Program-made: the position numbers and the translations under genes
Shown here: positions 20,290-31,137 of the stretch, piece by piece
Position numbering within the stretch: the first letter of the stretch is position 1
How the letters are laid out: each line of letters opens with the position of its first letter
Notes under the pieces: generated by a model
The model's database searches: none
What the model was told of the DNA's origin: nothing
What the model saw: only the letters and a program-made list of their open reading frames with translations
Source of the DNA: a virus
Virus record (IMG/VR): IMGVR_UViG_3300025655_000030
Coordinates: 6,151 to 70,150 of that record
Strand: one strand, 5' to 3'
DNA length: 64,000 bases

Positions 20290-20648
20290 TGAGTGATTTA
20301 AAATTAACAAAAGAACACGACTTACAGATAACAAATGGTGAGTTGGTTCTTATATCAAGTAAAGATGAGTGGGTTGCTCAGAGGGTCAAGATTAATCTTA
20401 AAACCTATAAGGGTGAGTGGTACTTAGATAACACAGTAGGTGTTCCTTATTTCCAAACTTTGTTAAAGAAGAATGTATCAATCACCCTAGTAGATTCAAT
20501 ATTTAAGAATGTCATAACCAGCACCGTAGGGGTTAATAAGATTACATCCTATAATTCATCCCTAAAAGATGGTACTTACACCCTTAACTTCACTTTTGTA
20601 AGTGACAGGGGAACTATCCAATCCATTTTCGAAACAATAGATTTATAA
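20289..20648 (+). CDS. baseplate wedge subunit
   Basis: GEWYLDNTVGVPY motif. Confidence 0.75.
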   Translation: MSDLKLTKEHDLQITNGELVLISSKDEWVAQRVKINLKTYKGEWYLDNTVGVPYFQTLLKKNVSITLVDSIFKNVITSTVGVNKITSYNSSLKDGTYTLNFTFVSDRGTIQSIFETIDL

Positions 20649-20658
20649 AGGAGATCAG

Positions 20659-22101
20659 ATGCCAATAACATCTAAAGGTTTTGAAGCCAAACGCTTCTCA
20701 GAGATTGTGGCTGATTTAAACCAGTCTCTGATAGATAACCTAGCAATAGAACTAAATACAAGCTCAGAGACAGTGTTAGGTGTGATAACAAATATATTTG
20801 CATCTAGTATTGCAGACCAAGAGGAATTAATACAATCTATTGCTAGTAACTTAGATTTAGATAAAGCAGAGGGTGTTTACTTAGATAATATCGTAGCTAA
20901 GTTAGGTTTAAGAAGATTGTCAGAAGGATACACTACTGGTACGGTTTTTGTTAAAACAGCTTTAGACGGTGCACTTGTACCTAATGGTACTTTATTCTCT
21001 GACAGTAGCAATAATAACTATCGAACAACAGCTTCTTCAACGTTAAATTCACAATCTTGTTCAAGCTTAACATTCTCTCCAAATACAGATGTAGGAACAT
21101 TTACATTAAATATTAATGGAGAAGAGTTTACCATTGTAATTGGTTCATCCGCATCATTAGAGGATATTGCCGTAGCATTACAAGCTGCAATACTCCTAGA
21201 AGCCCCTACAGCGTACACAGTGGCGAGATCTGGGTCATCTGTTACTCTAGTAGCGGTAAATAAATTCGTGCCTATAAACGCCTCTAGGAACGCTAATATA
21301 AGCTTTACAGAATTAGAAGGGTCTGTCTCTGTAACCGCTACACAAGTGGGGGCAATTAATCCTAATATCGGTACTGTGACTAACATTGTAACTAATAGTG
21401 GAAACCTTATTTCTTGTACCAATTATGACACATTTACTGTTGGTAGGGATAAAGAGACTGACGAAGAACTTAGAATAAGACATAGAAACTCTACACAGTT
21501 ATCAGGTAGCGCTACCAGCAATTCTATATATGCTGCACTAAGTAATCTGGAGGGTGTATCCTTAGTAAGAATATTTACTAACACTACAGCGGAAAATGAT
21601 GAGACAGGTAGACCCCCTAATACATTTGAATGTGTAGTAGAAGGTGGTGACACTCAGTTGATTGGTGAAACCATATGGAATAAGAAACCTTTATCTGTAG
21701 GTACTTATGGCGAGTTAACCACTTTAGTTACTGATTATGCAAATAAACCTCAAGCTGTGCAATGGAGTAGACCTGTACTGCGTTATATTAATGTAAGAGT
21801 TACTTATACAGTTTACGATGAGGAAACCCTTCCTGATGATGTTGGGACTGCTATTAAAGACGCTATTGTATCCTACGGTGATAATTTAGGTTTAGATACA
21901 GATGTTATCCCTCAAAGATTCTACGGTGTGATTTATAATGCCACTACAGGACTAGGGGCTATATCTGTAGAAGTTGGTGCTTCTCTATCCCCATCATCCT
22001 CCACACCAGATGACATTGCATATTCTACTAATAAGATCAGCATTGACCAAAGACAAAAAGCAGACTTTGATGCCGTTCGTATACAAGTTATAGCAGCTTA
22101 G
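20659..22101 (+). CDS. baseplate J-like wedge protein
   Basis: AEGVYLD..GRDKETDEELRIR..PPNTFECVVEGG. Confidence 0.9.
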   Translation: MPITSKGFEAKRFSEIVADLNQSLIDNLAIELNTSSETVLGVITNIFASSIADQEELIQSIASNLDLDKAEGVYLDNIVAKLGLRRLSEGYTTGTVFVKTALDGALVPNGTLFSDSSNNNYRTTASSTLNSQSCSSLTFSPNTDVGTFTLNINGEEFTIVIGSSASLEDIAVALQAAILLEAPTAYTVARSGSSVTLVAVNKFVPINASRNANISFTELEGSVSVTATQVGAINPNIGTVTNIVTNSGNLISCTNYDTFTVGRDKETDEELRIRHRNSTQLSGSATSNSIYAALSNLEGVSLVRIFTNTTAENDETGRPPNTFECVVEGGDTQLIGETIWNKKPLSVGTYGELTTLVTDYANKPQAVQWSRPVLRYINVRVTYTVYDEETLPDDVGTAIKDAIVSYGDNLGLDTDVIPQRFYGVIYNATTGLGAISVEVGASLSPSSSTPDDIAYSTNKISIDQRQKADFDAVRIQVIAA

Positions 22102-22109
22102 GGGGAAAT

Positions 22110-22796
22110 ATGGCTGATATATTAATTAAGGATTATGTACAGCAAGGTGAGGATAGGTTGTTAGATCAGTTTAGCAACTCACCTATTATACAAGGGGTTC
22201 TGTCTACATACTTAAATGAGTTATCTAATACACAAACATCCTCCATCAGTTTACTAGATATACTCAACATTGAAACAGCTTATGGGTACAATTTAGATTT
22301 GATAGGGAAAATGGTGGGAGAGGAGAGATTAGGTAATTCTGATACACAATATAGAAAGAATATCAAAGTAAAAATATTTCTTAACTCATCCAAAGGTACT
22401 CCTAATGATTTATTAGAGATATTAGATTTACTTACTGAATCTACTTCATTGGAGTTATTTGAACACACCCCTTTACATAGTATTTTCTACACTGATTCCC
22501 CCACTATAAGCGACAGTGTACCAAATACCTTACTTCAATCATCCCCTGTATGTTCTCATTATGTTGGTGTAATACATGACCCAAATAAGAATGCCCTAGT
22601 TCCTAGTGAATTAGAGATAGGTGGTGGAATATTAATTGATGATAATAATCGTGATTTAGTGACAGATGAAGATTACAACATAGCGGTAAACTATCTAACT
22701 GCACTTAGCAGTGTTAATAGTGAAAGAGGTATATTACCTGAGATAGATGAATTATCAGGATACAGAATACCAGCCGAATTCTACACAAGTTTATAA
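22110..22796 (+). CDS. baseplate wedge protein (DUF2612-like)
   Basis: AYGYNLDLIGKMVGEER..DTQYR..SKGTP. Confidence 0.75.
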   Translation: MADILIKDYVQQGEDRLLDQFSNSPIIQGVLSTYLNELSNTQTSSISLLDILNIETAYGYNLDLIGKMVGEERLGNSDTQYRKNIKVKIFLNSSKGTPNDLLEILDLLTESTSLELFEHTPLHSIFYTDSPTISDSVPNTLLQSSPVCSHYVGVIHDPNKNALVPSELEIGGGILIDDNNRDLVTDEDYNIAVNYLTALSSVNSERGILPEIDELSGYRIPAEFYTSL

Positions 22797-22811
22797 CAAT
22801 AGGAAATATAA

Positions 22812-23489
22812 ATGGCAATAACACCAGATGATTTCAAATGGGCTGACTCTGATGTCAATGACCCAATTTCAGGTAATCCAAATAAAGTAGAACCAGACCC
22901 TTCTTTTAAGAGTTCGGGTTTGTTAGCTGGCGAACCTCTCAGTAGACCACACCTAAACTACCAGTTCAATCAATATCATAAAGCAATGATTGACTTACAA
23001 GCGCAAATAAATGGGTTAGTACTAGGTAGTGGTACTGCTTTACTAGAAACAATATACCATGTTGGTAGTGTATATACCAGTAAAAGTTCTACTTCACCAG
23101 CCACTAGGTTTGGTTTTGGTACTTGGGTACGAATCAAAGGTAAATTCATTGTAGGTTTAGATGAAGCGGATACCGCCTTTGATGGTGCTGGTGAGGAGGG
23201 TGGCAGTAAAACCCACACTCATACTAATACATTAAGTGTAAATGGTCATGTTTTGACTATTGCAGAAATGCCATCACACACTCACTCTATTGCTTTTACG
23301 ACTGGTGAGAATGATGGTTCACCTAATGGTAACGATGTCAGAAACTCACAGACTCCTGCCGAATTTACAGCTACTACCAACTCCGCAGGTAGTAACCAAG
23401 CCCACACACATGGATTATCTGGTGGTGTAGGCACATCATCTAATATCCCTCCCTATAAAGCTTATTATATTTGGGAGAGAACAGCATAG
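22812..23489 (+). CDS. baseplate protein with T4 gp10-C-like domain
   Basis: IYHVGSVY..P...FGFGTW..GGSKTH..LTIAEMPSHTH..PPY..YIWERTA. Confidence 0.75.
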   Translation: MAITPDDFKWADSDVNDPISGNPNKVEPDPSFKSSGLLAGEPLSRPHLNYQFNQYHKAMIDLQAQINGLVLGSGTALLETIYHVGSVYTSKSSTSPATRFGFGTWVRIKGKFIVGLDEADTAFDGAGEEGGSKTHTHTNTLSVNGHVLTIAEMPSHTHSIAFTTGENDGSPNGNDVRNSQTPAEFTATTNSAGSNQAHTHGLSGGVGTSSNIPPYKAYYIWERTA

Positions 23490-23498
23490 GAAAGGTTT

Positions 23499-26400
23499 AT
23501 GGCATTTGATAGAATTGAATTAACAGCGTTACCAGAAGCTACTGCATTACTAGACAATGATAAAACAATATTTCATATTAAGGATGTAACTACAGGAGTA
23601 GACTCTAAAGTAAAACTTAGCACTCTTAAATCTATGATACTTACCACAGTAGCGGGTAATACAGATGCTATTATTGATGATATCATAGATGCTATTTTAC
23701 CACAAATTGAGTCTAGTTTTGAAGAAAATTTAGAACAACAAGTTAACGATTTAATAGATGCTTCTTTTGCTGATGGTAGGATAGATGAAAAAGTACAAGA
23801 GGTATTAAGTCAATTTGCTGAAGACCCTAGAGTTGAGATACTAGGTATTGTAGATAATATATTTGCTAATGCTCAAACTAACCAAAAGTATGATAAAGAA
23901 GTTGCACTTATAAATCAAGATTTAGATAATCTTAATAATGTTATTATACCTCAACTAAATGAGACATTAGACCAAGCTAAGTTGGATATTGAAAATCTGA
24001 ACGCAGTGGATTTAACTGACTTACAAAACAATCTTGATGACCTACAACTAGAGTTAGATGAATTAAATAGTGTAACATTACCTCAGTTGGTTTTAGATAT
24101 AGAAGCTGCTGAGGATGATATATCAACATTAAATAATTTAGATTTACCACAAGTTAAATTAGATTTAGAACAAGCCGAAGCGGATTTATTCAATCTCAAT
24201 ACTATAACTCTACCCTCCGTTTTACAAAGTATATCAGATTCTCAGACAGAAATTGACAATCTTAATGATGTAACATTGCCAGCAGTTAATGTGAGGATAG
24301 ATGAAGTAGAGGATGATGTCAATACTTTATTTACAGTTGACCTACCAGCTATACAGTCAACATTAGATGACAACACTCAAGACATTGAGAATCTTAACTT
24401 AGAGTTAGATAATTTAAGCCTATCACAAGGGGATTTAGAGGATTACAGATTAACCATTATCAATACTGTCTCTAATGTACTTGAGTCTGCTAATATAGAC
24501 AACAAAGTAAGTCAAACTAACCAAGATTTAGATTTCCTAAATAATTACACATTGATAAATCTTAATAGTGAATTATCCCAAACTAAGTCTAACATTGACA
24601 CCCTTAATAACACCATCATACCCTCTATATCTGACACTCTAACCTCAGTTGAAGGTGAATTATTATCTGTAAATGGTAAATTCCCAATAACTGGGACTGA
24701 CATCTCAAATAATGCAATCACCTCTGAGAAGATATTGGCTAACACAATCACTGGTGATAAATTAGTAGCTAATGCTATAAGCGCCAGAGAAATAGCGGCT
24801 TTAAGTATCACTGCTAATGAGTTAGCTGCTAATAGTGTTAACGTTGATAAATTAACAGCTAACAGTGTTAATGCCAGTAAGATTGTAGGCTTGACTATCA
24901 CTGGAGATAAGATAGCTGGTGAAACTATATCTGGCAACAAGTTAATAGCTAATACCATTACAGCGAATGAAATAGCCGCTTTAAGTATCACATCTAACGA
25001 GATAGCTGCTAATACAATCACAGGGGATAACCTTGTTGTCGGTACAATTACCTCATTAGAGTTAGCCACCAATAGTGTTATATCAGCTAAGATAGCTGCT
25101 GGGGCGGTTATAGCAGACAAGATAGCAGCTAATAGTATTGACGCAAGTAAGATTGTTGCAGCGTCTATAACAGGTGATGAAATAGCAGCACTAACTATAA
25201 CGTCTGATAATATCTTAGGTAAAACAATTACAGCCAATGAGATAGCTGGTTTAACTATAACAAGTGCGGAAATAGCTGCTGGGGCTATAGGTGCTGATAA
25301 GATAACTGCTAATAGTATAACTGCCGCACAAATAGCTTTTGGGACAATAACAGGTAACAAGATAGCGGCTCTGACTATTGATGCAGGTAATTTAAATACT
25401 AATAGTGTAACTGCCAGTAAAATTGTTACGGACGCTGTAACGGCTGATAAAATTCAAGCCAATGCTGTAACTGTAGATAAGTTAGCTGCCAACAGTGTTA
25501 ATGCCAGTAAGATTGTGGGTTTGAGTATTACTGGTTCACTTATAGCAGGTGACACTATATCCGGCAACAAGTTAATAATAAATAGTATTAATGGTGATAG
25601 GATTACTACTAATACCCTTAATGGTAACAAGATTATAGCCAATACTATTAGTGCTGATAAGATTGTGTCTAATAGCATTACCGCATCGCAGATAGCTGGT
25701 TTAAGTATCACCTCTAACGAGATAGCCGCTAATGCTATAACTGCCTCTAAGATATTAGCTGGGGAAATCACAGGTAATAAACTAGCAGTAAACACCATTA
25801 CAGGTGATAAGATTCAAGCCAACACTATAGATGCTTCCTTAATCAAGACTGATGCTATAGAGTCTTACGCTATTAAAGCTGGAGCTATTGTTACTGATAA
25901 GATTGCTGCTGATACCATAACAGGTGAAAAGATTCAAGCTAATACTATAGCTGTTAGGAATTTAGTTGTAACAGATTTCACTAACTTAGTTAATGGTTCA
26001 AATTTCGATAACGATGAAAGAATACCTTGGACTGGTATATCATCCTACCCACAATTAACCTTAGCAACAGATCAAAAGTATTCAGGAACAAGGTCTTTAA
26101 AGTGTACGGCTAGCAGTGGTATCAAGTCTATTGTTATACCCACTAAGTACGAAGTTAAATCTGATGAACAGTGGTATATAGAATTCTATGTTAGAACTGA
26201 TTCATCATATAATGGAGCTAATGGTGGGGCAGGTAATTCTAAATTACGGTTTGGTGATGACAACAACTCAAATTCCTTATTGGGGGATGTAAGATATGTT
26301 GCATCTAACGGTACGTGGACAAAAGTTATAGGTAACATTACTTTTAATGTCAACACAAATGTCAAAATAACCCTTAACTTTGACCACACAGCAGGTACGA

Positions 26401-27344
26401 TATGGATTGATAATATTATTGTCCGTAGGAAGTCTGCTGGAGAGTTGATTGTAGATGGAGCTATTACAGCAGATAAGATATCAGCTAATGCTATTACAGC
26501 AGCTAAGATAAGTTCTACTGCATTAGATAGTAGACTTATAACAGGTACTCTTATTAGGACAGCCCCTTCCACATCTACTTCCCCTAGAGTTGTTATCGCG
26601 GGTAGTGCTGTTCTGGAAGATGGTAACACCTCTGTTGCTGATTTCCCTTTATGGTATGGGACAGGCTCAGTATCTACCGCTAATGCTACATTCGCTGTAA
26701 CCAGCATTGGTACGATATATGCTAAGAATATGGTTATTGAGGGTGCAAGTGTGTTCAAAGGGACTGTTACAGCCAGTACAATAAACTCTACTAACATTAG
26801 TGGGGGTACAATTACAGGTACTACTATTAATGGAGGGACTATTAATGGAACTACAGGGAATTTCTCTGGTACAATAACCGCTGCTAATATAGTTGGTGAT
26901 GTCTTAGATGTAGATACTGTGGTATTTGTGTCTGCTACTGATATAGGCACAAGCTATGATAGTAGAATTACTTTTACAATAGCCTCTTCCACCTTTGATA
27001 GAGTGTTAACTTTCATAACTCCTATAACTGTACTTGATGGCCCAATATCTTATAAGTTACAGATAGATGGTGTGGATGTTAAACTAGGAGATAAGTGGTC
27101 TGGAAGTAGTAATACACCATTCTATGAAGACGGTGTGTTACAAGGTCAGAGCTTCACACCCAAAAACTTGACAATTTTAGCTGGGTCTAATAGAACTATA
27201 AGTGTTCCTATAAAAGCTACAGGTTCTTCTACCGCAGCTAGAGTGAATTCTTCTCTACACGCAGGTTCTGAGGCTATAACTGGGAATTCTTTAAGTGGAT
27301 TGTCACTACTTTTAGCTAAAAAAGGTAGTGGTTTTATAGTTTAA
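23499..27344 (+). CDS. long tail fibre/receptor-binding protein (coiled coil, 10-aa repeats, carbohydrate-binding-like domain)
   Basis: ~21-aa LxxLNxxxLP coiled-coil repeats; ~40 IT(A/G)xKI(AAN)-type decapeptides; beta-sandwich ending IWIDNIIVRR. Confidence 0.75.
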   Translation: MAFDRIELTALPEATALLDNDKTIFHIKDVTTGVDSKVKLSTLKSMILTTVAGNTDAIIDDIIDAILPQIESSFEENLEQQVNDLIDASFADGRIDEKVQEVLSQFAEDPRVEILGIVDNIFANAQTNQKYDKEVALINQDLDNLNNVIIPQLNETLDQAKLDIENLNAVDLTDLQNNLDDLQLELDELNSVTLPQLVLDIEAAEDDISTLNNLDLPQVKLDLEQAEADLFNLNTITLPSVLQSISDSQTEIDNLNDVTLPAVNVRIDEVEDDVNTLFTVDLPAIQSTLDDNTQDIENLNLELDNLSLSQGDLEDYRLTIINTVSNVLESANIDNKVSQTNQDLDFLNNYTLINLNSELSQTKSNIDTLNNTIIPSISDTLTSVEGELLSVNGKFPITGTDISNNAITSEKILANTITGDKLVANAISAREIAALSITANELAANSVNVDKLTANSVNASKIVGLTITGDKIAGETISGNKLIANTITANEIAALSITSNEIAANTITGDNLVVGTITSLELATNSVISAKIAAGAVIADKIAANSIDASKIVAASITGDEIAALTITSDNILGKTITANEIAGLTITSAEIAAGAIGADKITANSITAAQIAFGTITGNKIAALTIDAGNLNTNSVTASKIVTDAVTADKIQANAVTVDKLAANSVNASKIVGLSITGSLIAGDTISGNKLIINSINGDRITTNTLNGNKIIANTISADKIVSNSITASQIAGLSITSNEIAANAITASKILAGEITGNKLAVNTITGDKIQANTIDASLIKTDAIESYAIKAGAIVTDKIAADTITGEKIQANTIAVRNLVVTDFTNLVNGSNFDNDERIPWTGISSYPQLTLATDQKYSGTRSLKCTASSGIKSIVIPTKYEVKSDEQWYIEFYVRTDSSYNGANGGAGNSKLRFGDDNNSNSLLGDVRYVASNGTWTKVIGNITFNVNTNVKITLNFDHTAGTIWIDNIIVRRKSAGELIVDGAITADKISANAITAAKISSTALDSRLITGTLIRTAPSTSTSPRVVIAGSAVLEDGNTSVADFPLWYGTGSVSTANATFAVTSIGTIYAKNMVIEGASVFKGTVTASTINSTNISGGTITGTTINGGTINGTTGNFSGTITAANIVGDVLDVDTVVFVSATDIGTSYDSRITFTIASSTFDRVLTFITPITVLDGPISYKLQIDGVDVKLGDKWSGSSNTPFYEDGVLQGQSFTPKNLTILAGSNRTISVPIKATGSSTAARVNSSLHAGSEAITGNSLSGLSLLLAKKGSGFIV

Positions 27345-27625
27345 CTTAAAACTCCCACACATAGTCAACAAACACCTCAGTCACTTGATACTCAGAATTG
27401 TTATTAAAAGGCTTGCCTGAAAGGTACTGACTTCTGTGGTTAACTCCATATAAGAAATTATCTTTCTTAGTCCCACTTCAATTCTAGCTGATATAGGAAT
27501 AGTTGGGGAATTATCTCTCTGTAGTTAAGTTACCTATTATAATAAACTGTTTACGTTAGATGTCAAACACTTTATGCAAAATAAGTAGAAATAAATTTCA
27601 GATAAACAAATAATAAGGAAACAAT

Positions 27626-28726
27626 ATGGCAGTAAATTCAATTAAACCATTAACTGCTGCTAGTGCTACTGCTACAAATGGTAGTATCACAGTAACAGTT
27701 TTTGGCAGTGTAGATTGTTCTAGGGTATATGAAGGTACTCTAGTTCAAATAGGGGATTTCCAAGTAGTGGAGGCTGTTAGCGGTACTGCTGTAGATAGTG
27801 GTACTGGACAGTCTACAATTACTTTAAGAGTAGCGTGGCCTGAGTCCACCACTACTGATAAGCTGATAGCTTGGAACAGTATTGAGGGGTTAGGTCAAGC
27901 TATTCAAAGGGCTAGAGATGTAGTTGCTAACACTGCTGCTATTGAGGCATTATCGGGTAGCGGGTTAGTAGAGAAAACTGGCGCTACAAGCTACACTACA
28001 GTACCTATTACTACAGCAGGTAAAGCTTTACTAGATGATACTAGTAATACTGCACAAAGAACTACTCTAGGGTTAGGTACTGCTGCTACTGCTACTGTAA
28101 CCACAAGCGCAACTGATATAACAGCTAATAGACTGTTGAAAACTGCGGATGGTGGTTTTATGACTATTGGTCAACCTACTACTGAAGTTTTAGACGATTC
28201 CACACACCAACCAACTTCTTTTATGCGTGACGCAGATGGGTCAGCTTTTGGTTTTGCTGCTGCCGTTATGAATATGCGCTACAACACCACCAGACAGTCG
28301 CAAATAGCAATATCCAACGGTGGTGGGGCATCCAGAATGGCGTTTAGGACTATGGTTTCTAACGACACTTGGGATGGGGTTAAAGAAGTCTACCACTCAG
28401 GAAACTTTAGTAAAAACGAAATAACTGCATCATCAGCAGGGCAGGTCATGGCACAAGGGATTACTGTGAGTGAGACAGCGATACGATTCTATAGATCAAT
28501 ACACAACATAGATAAACCTACATCACTAACACTATCAACCTCTACTGATTTTGACGTAAAAACTTTAACGTCTGGTGTCGTAGCGTCAGGAGTGACGCCT
28601 GTAATTAATGGTACTTCCTCTGCTGGTATTCTAGTTTTTGATGTTACTGGATTATCAGGGTTAACAGCAGGTCTTGATTACAATTTAACAGCAGCCAGCG
28701 CCACATCATCAATCGAATGGAATTAA
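27626..28726 (+). CDS. tail fibre protein
   Basis: GKALLDD..AQRTTLGLGTAAT..VTTS..D and W..VYHSGN fibre motifs. Confidence 0.8.
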   Translation: MAVNSIKPLTAASATATNGSITVTVFGSVDCSRVYEGTLVQIGDFQVVEAVSGTAVDSGTGQSTITLRVAWPESTTTDKLIAWNSIEGLGQAIQRARDVVANTAAIEALSGSGLVEKTGATSYTTVPITTAGKALLDDTSNTAQRTTLGLGTAATATVTTSATDITANRLLKTADGGFMTIGQPTTEVLDDSTHQPTSFMRDADGSAFGFAAAVMNMRYNTTRQSQIAISNGGGASRMAFRTMVSNDTWDGVKEVYHSGNFSKNEITASSAGQVMAQGITVSETAIRFYRSIHNIDKPTSLTLSTSTDFDVKTLTSGVVASGVTPVINGTSSAGILVFDVTGLSGLTAGLDYNLTAASATSSIEWN

Positions 28727-28730
28727 TATT

Positions 28731-29204
28731 ATGACTATTACATATACCCAAATAACACCTACCGAAATACAAACGATTGAAACATTACAAGATGGGCGTT
28801 TTCGTTCTAGCGCTCTAGCTAAAGTTAACAACGAGTGGTACTCAGGTGATAATTTAGTTGATTTAACTAATAAGACTGTCGAATGGTTAGACATTCCAAC
28901 TTATGAAGCAGAGCAGGATGCCATAACTGCATTGCAAACGTTCAAATCAAATCGTCAATCTCAACTAGACAACGCAGTAGTAGACGCGAACGGTTTTCTA
29001 TTCGACGCAGATGAGAAATCTATTGGTAGACTATCATACGCAATAAGCGCTGCTGTAGAGGACGGAATGATAGATACTGATAATGTTGAATGGTCATTAG
29101 CTGATACACCAACAGGTGTTATGACAAGTGTAACTCTGGCAGACCTGAAATTAGCCAGAAAGTTGGCTGTTCAGAACATGTCTACAATATGGGCAATCTC
29201 TTAG
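28731..29204 (+). CDS. tail fibre assembly protein (DUF4376-like)
   Basis: FDADEKSIGRL..WSLAD..VTLADL. Confidence 0.7.
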   Translation: MTITYTQITPTEIQTIETLQDGRFRSSALAKVNNEWYSGDNLVDLTNKTVEWLDIPTYEAEQDAITALQTFKSNRQSQLDNAVVDANGFLFDADEKSIGRLSYAISAAVEDGMIDTDNVEWSLADTPTGVMTSVTLADLKLARKLAVQNMSTIWAIS

Positions 29205-29611
29205 TGAGGTTGCCTTACCTACAATTTTACTCCGACAAAACTAAATACGCACATAGCAAGTTGTTTACCATAACTACTAACCCCTTATATAAAGATAATA
29301 AAGGGTTAGATATACATGAATATGAACACATAAAACAATTCTACTTAATGTGGTTATTGTCGGTAATACTCTTTTATTACTACTTCCCTTTAATCATTAT
29401 ATTAGGTTTATTAACCCACAATTTACTTTACACAGTATCTTTAAGATACAGACTGTGGTCAGAGGTTAATGCTTATAAGAAACAAATGGAAGTAGACAAT
29501 AATTACAGTTTAGAAGTTTGTGCAAAGTCATTAGTAGAGGATTATGGTTTTACCCACCTAACCTTAAGTGCTGCTACAGAGTTAATAGAATATAAAAATA
29601 ATAATAGTTAA
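29189..29611 (+). CDS. membrane protein with HExxH motif
   Basis: IHEYEHIKQF, hydrophobic stretch, then E.NAY; start codon uncertain. Confidence 0.45.
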   Translation: MGNLLVRLPYLQFYSDKTKYAHSKLFTITTNPLYKDNKGLDIHEYEHIKQFYLMWLLSVILFYYYFPLIIILGLLTHNLLYTVSLRYRLWSEVNAYKKQMEVDNNYSLEVCAKSLVEDYGFTHLTLSAATELIEYKNNNS

Positions 29612-29620
29612 GGGGTTGTA

Positions 29621-29977
29621 GTGGAAAATAATAGTATAATTATGTGGGTTTTAGGGTCTGTAGTTACTCTGTTATACGCCTATTTTTGGTATGATAAAAA
29701 TAAGTTAGATAAAGAAGTAGATAGGCTCAGAGATGATGATATATCTAAAGCTAAAGATATAGTAAATTTACAAAAGAAGGTTGAAGAACATTCTAATAAA
29801 TTTATAACAGATCAAAGGTCAAGAGATATCGCTCAAAGTGAGATTCAACCATTGAAAGATGATGTGAATCAGATGAAAAGCAACTTATCCTCAATAATGA
29901 CATCATTGGGTGATTTAACTACAGAACTTAAAATAAGTAATGCTATAAGAGATTATGAAAAAAGTAACAATAAATGA
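29621..29977 (+). CDS. single-TM coiled-coil protein (possible holin/antiholin)
   Basis: N-terminal TM (IIMWVLGSVVTLLYAYFWY) then coiled coil; lysis-region context. Confidence 0.45.
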   Translation: MENNSIIMWVLGSVVTLLYAYFWYDKNKLDKEVDRLRDDDISKAKDIVNLQKKVEEHSNKFITDQRSRDIAQSEIQPLKDDVNQMKSNLSSIMTSLGDLTTELKISNAIRDYEKSNNK

Positions 29978-29985
29978 GATCCTAA

Positions 29986-30396
29986 ATGAAAGTTTTTTTA
30001 ATTGATGATGATGAATTACAAACACAAATACTAACAGAGATAATCCACAGTAATACCACTAACATAAACGTAGAGTCTAGTGTTGACACTTCTAATTTAG
30101 TAGATAGTATATCTAAATTTTACCCAGATATTATAGTTCTAGATTTATATATGCCTAATTCTAATGGTTTAACTGTGTGTAGTGATTTAAAGAGTAACCA
30201 CATAACAAAGAATATACCTATAGTTATTCTTTCTGGTAGTGATGATTCTGAAGATAAGAAAAATTGCTACAAGGCTGGATGTATTGATTACTTAACTAAA
30301 CCTGTAACAGCAGATGTTCTTCTGCAAAAGATTAAGAAGTACGGCTCAATAGGGAGTATATATAAGTCAATGGGTAATATGGCTAAGGCAGGTTAA
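29986..30396 (+). CDS. single-domain response regulator receiver (CheY-like)
   Basis: VFLIDDD acidic pocket, IIVLDLYMP..NG phospho-acceptor, VILS, DYLTKP all conserved. Confidence 0.92.
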   Translation: MKVFLIDDDELQTQILTEIIHSNTTNINVESSVDTSNLVDSISKFYPDIIVLDLYMPNSNGLTVCSDLKSNHITKNIPIVILSGSDDSEDKKNCYKAGCIDYLTKPVTADVLLQKIKKYGSIGSIYKSMGNMAKAG

Positions 30397-30398
30397 TT

Positions 30399-30806
30399 AT
30401 GTCATTTATATTAAGTATTAAAGATAAGATATACCAAGTATTAATTGTAGGGTTATTTTCATATTGCATGTATTTATACGTATGTAATAACTCTTTAGAA
30501 AATGACAACAATATATTGGTAAGTAATAATTTAATATTGAATCAAGCCATAGTTACACAGAAAGAATCAATATCAGTGTTAGAAAAAACTATTACAGATA
30601 ACAATTCATTAATTTCTGATATCACTTCTAAGAATAACTACTCAAACAAATTGTTATCTGAGAGTATTGCTGAAATTAATGAATTAAGAATAATGGAGAA
30701 TAAACGTGCTATTGAAAATCCATTCATGGCTGGTAATGTTGCTTCTGATATGCTTTCTAAACGGTTGTCAGCTATTACCTCCACAGAAGATAGAAGTACA
30801 AACTAA
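30399..30806 (+). CDS. i-spanin (Rz-like)
   Basis: N-terminal TM plus coiled coil; overlaps the lipoprotein gene. Confidence 0.7.
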   Translation: MSFILSIKDKIYQVLIVGLFSYCMYLYVCNNSLENDNNILVSNNLILNQAIVTQKESISVLEKTITDNNSLISDITSKNNYSNKLLSESIAEINELRIMENKRAIENPFMAGNVASDMLSKRLSAITSTEDRSTN

Positions 30807-31137
30807 GTATTTACAACCTCCCCCTATGACACTACCTACACCCTCACCCCCTACACTATCATTACCTCAAGTTATAGTAATAACAGCCAAGGATGCGGAA
30901 TACTACGCAGAAGCTTGTGTAAGCCTCTCTGACGATACTTATGATGAAGATGTGGGGTACATAGGGTTAGATAGAGAAAGTGCCTGTGCGTGGTCTATAC
31001 ACGGTTTTACGGTACAAGGATGGTATAACTTACAACAAGATTTAATACTAATTCAAAATTACGTTGAACAGGTTAAATTTCAAAGGGATTTCTATGAGAA
31101 GCAGTTATTAAATAGGAGTTCGGTTGATGGAGAGTAG
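30706..31137 (+). CDS. o-spanin (Rz1-like lipoprotein)
   Basis: Lipobox LNG-C and Pro-rich linker; overlaps i-spanin in another frame. Confidence 0.75.
   Translation: MLLKIHSWLVMLLLICFLNGCQLLPPQKIEVQTKYLQPPPMTLPTPSPPTLSLPQVIVITAKDAEYYAEACVSLSDDTYDEDVGYIGLDRESACAWSIHGFTVQGWYNLQQDLILIQNYVEQVKFQRDFYEKQLLNRSSVDGE

Noticed and set aside
24545-26950. Long - strand ORFs (271, 114 and 254 aa) opposite the tail fibre
   Set aside because: Shadows of the repetitive + strand gene; low-complexity translation with no independent motifs.
23499-29204. Diversity-generating retroelement or invertible tail-fibre cassette
   Set aside because: No reverse transcriptase, recombinase, or template/variable repeat pair seen in the window.
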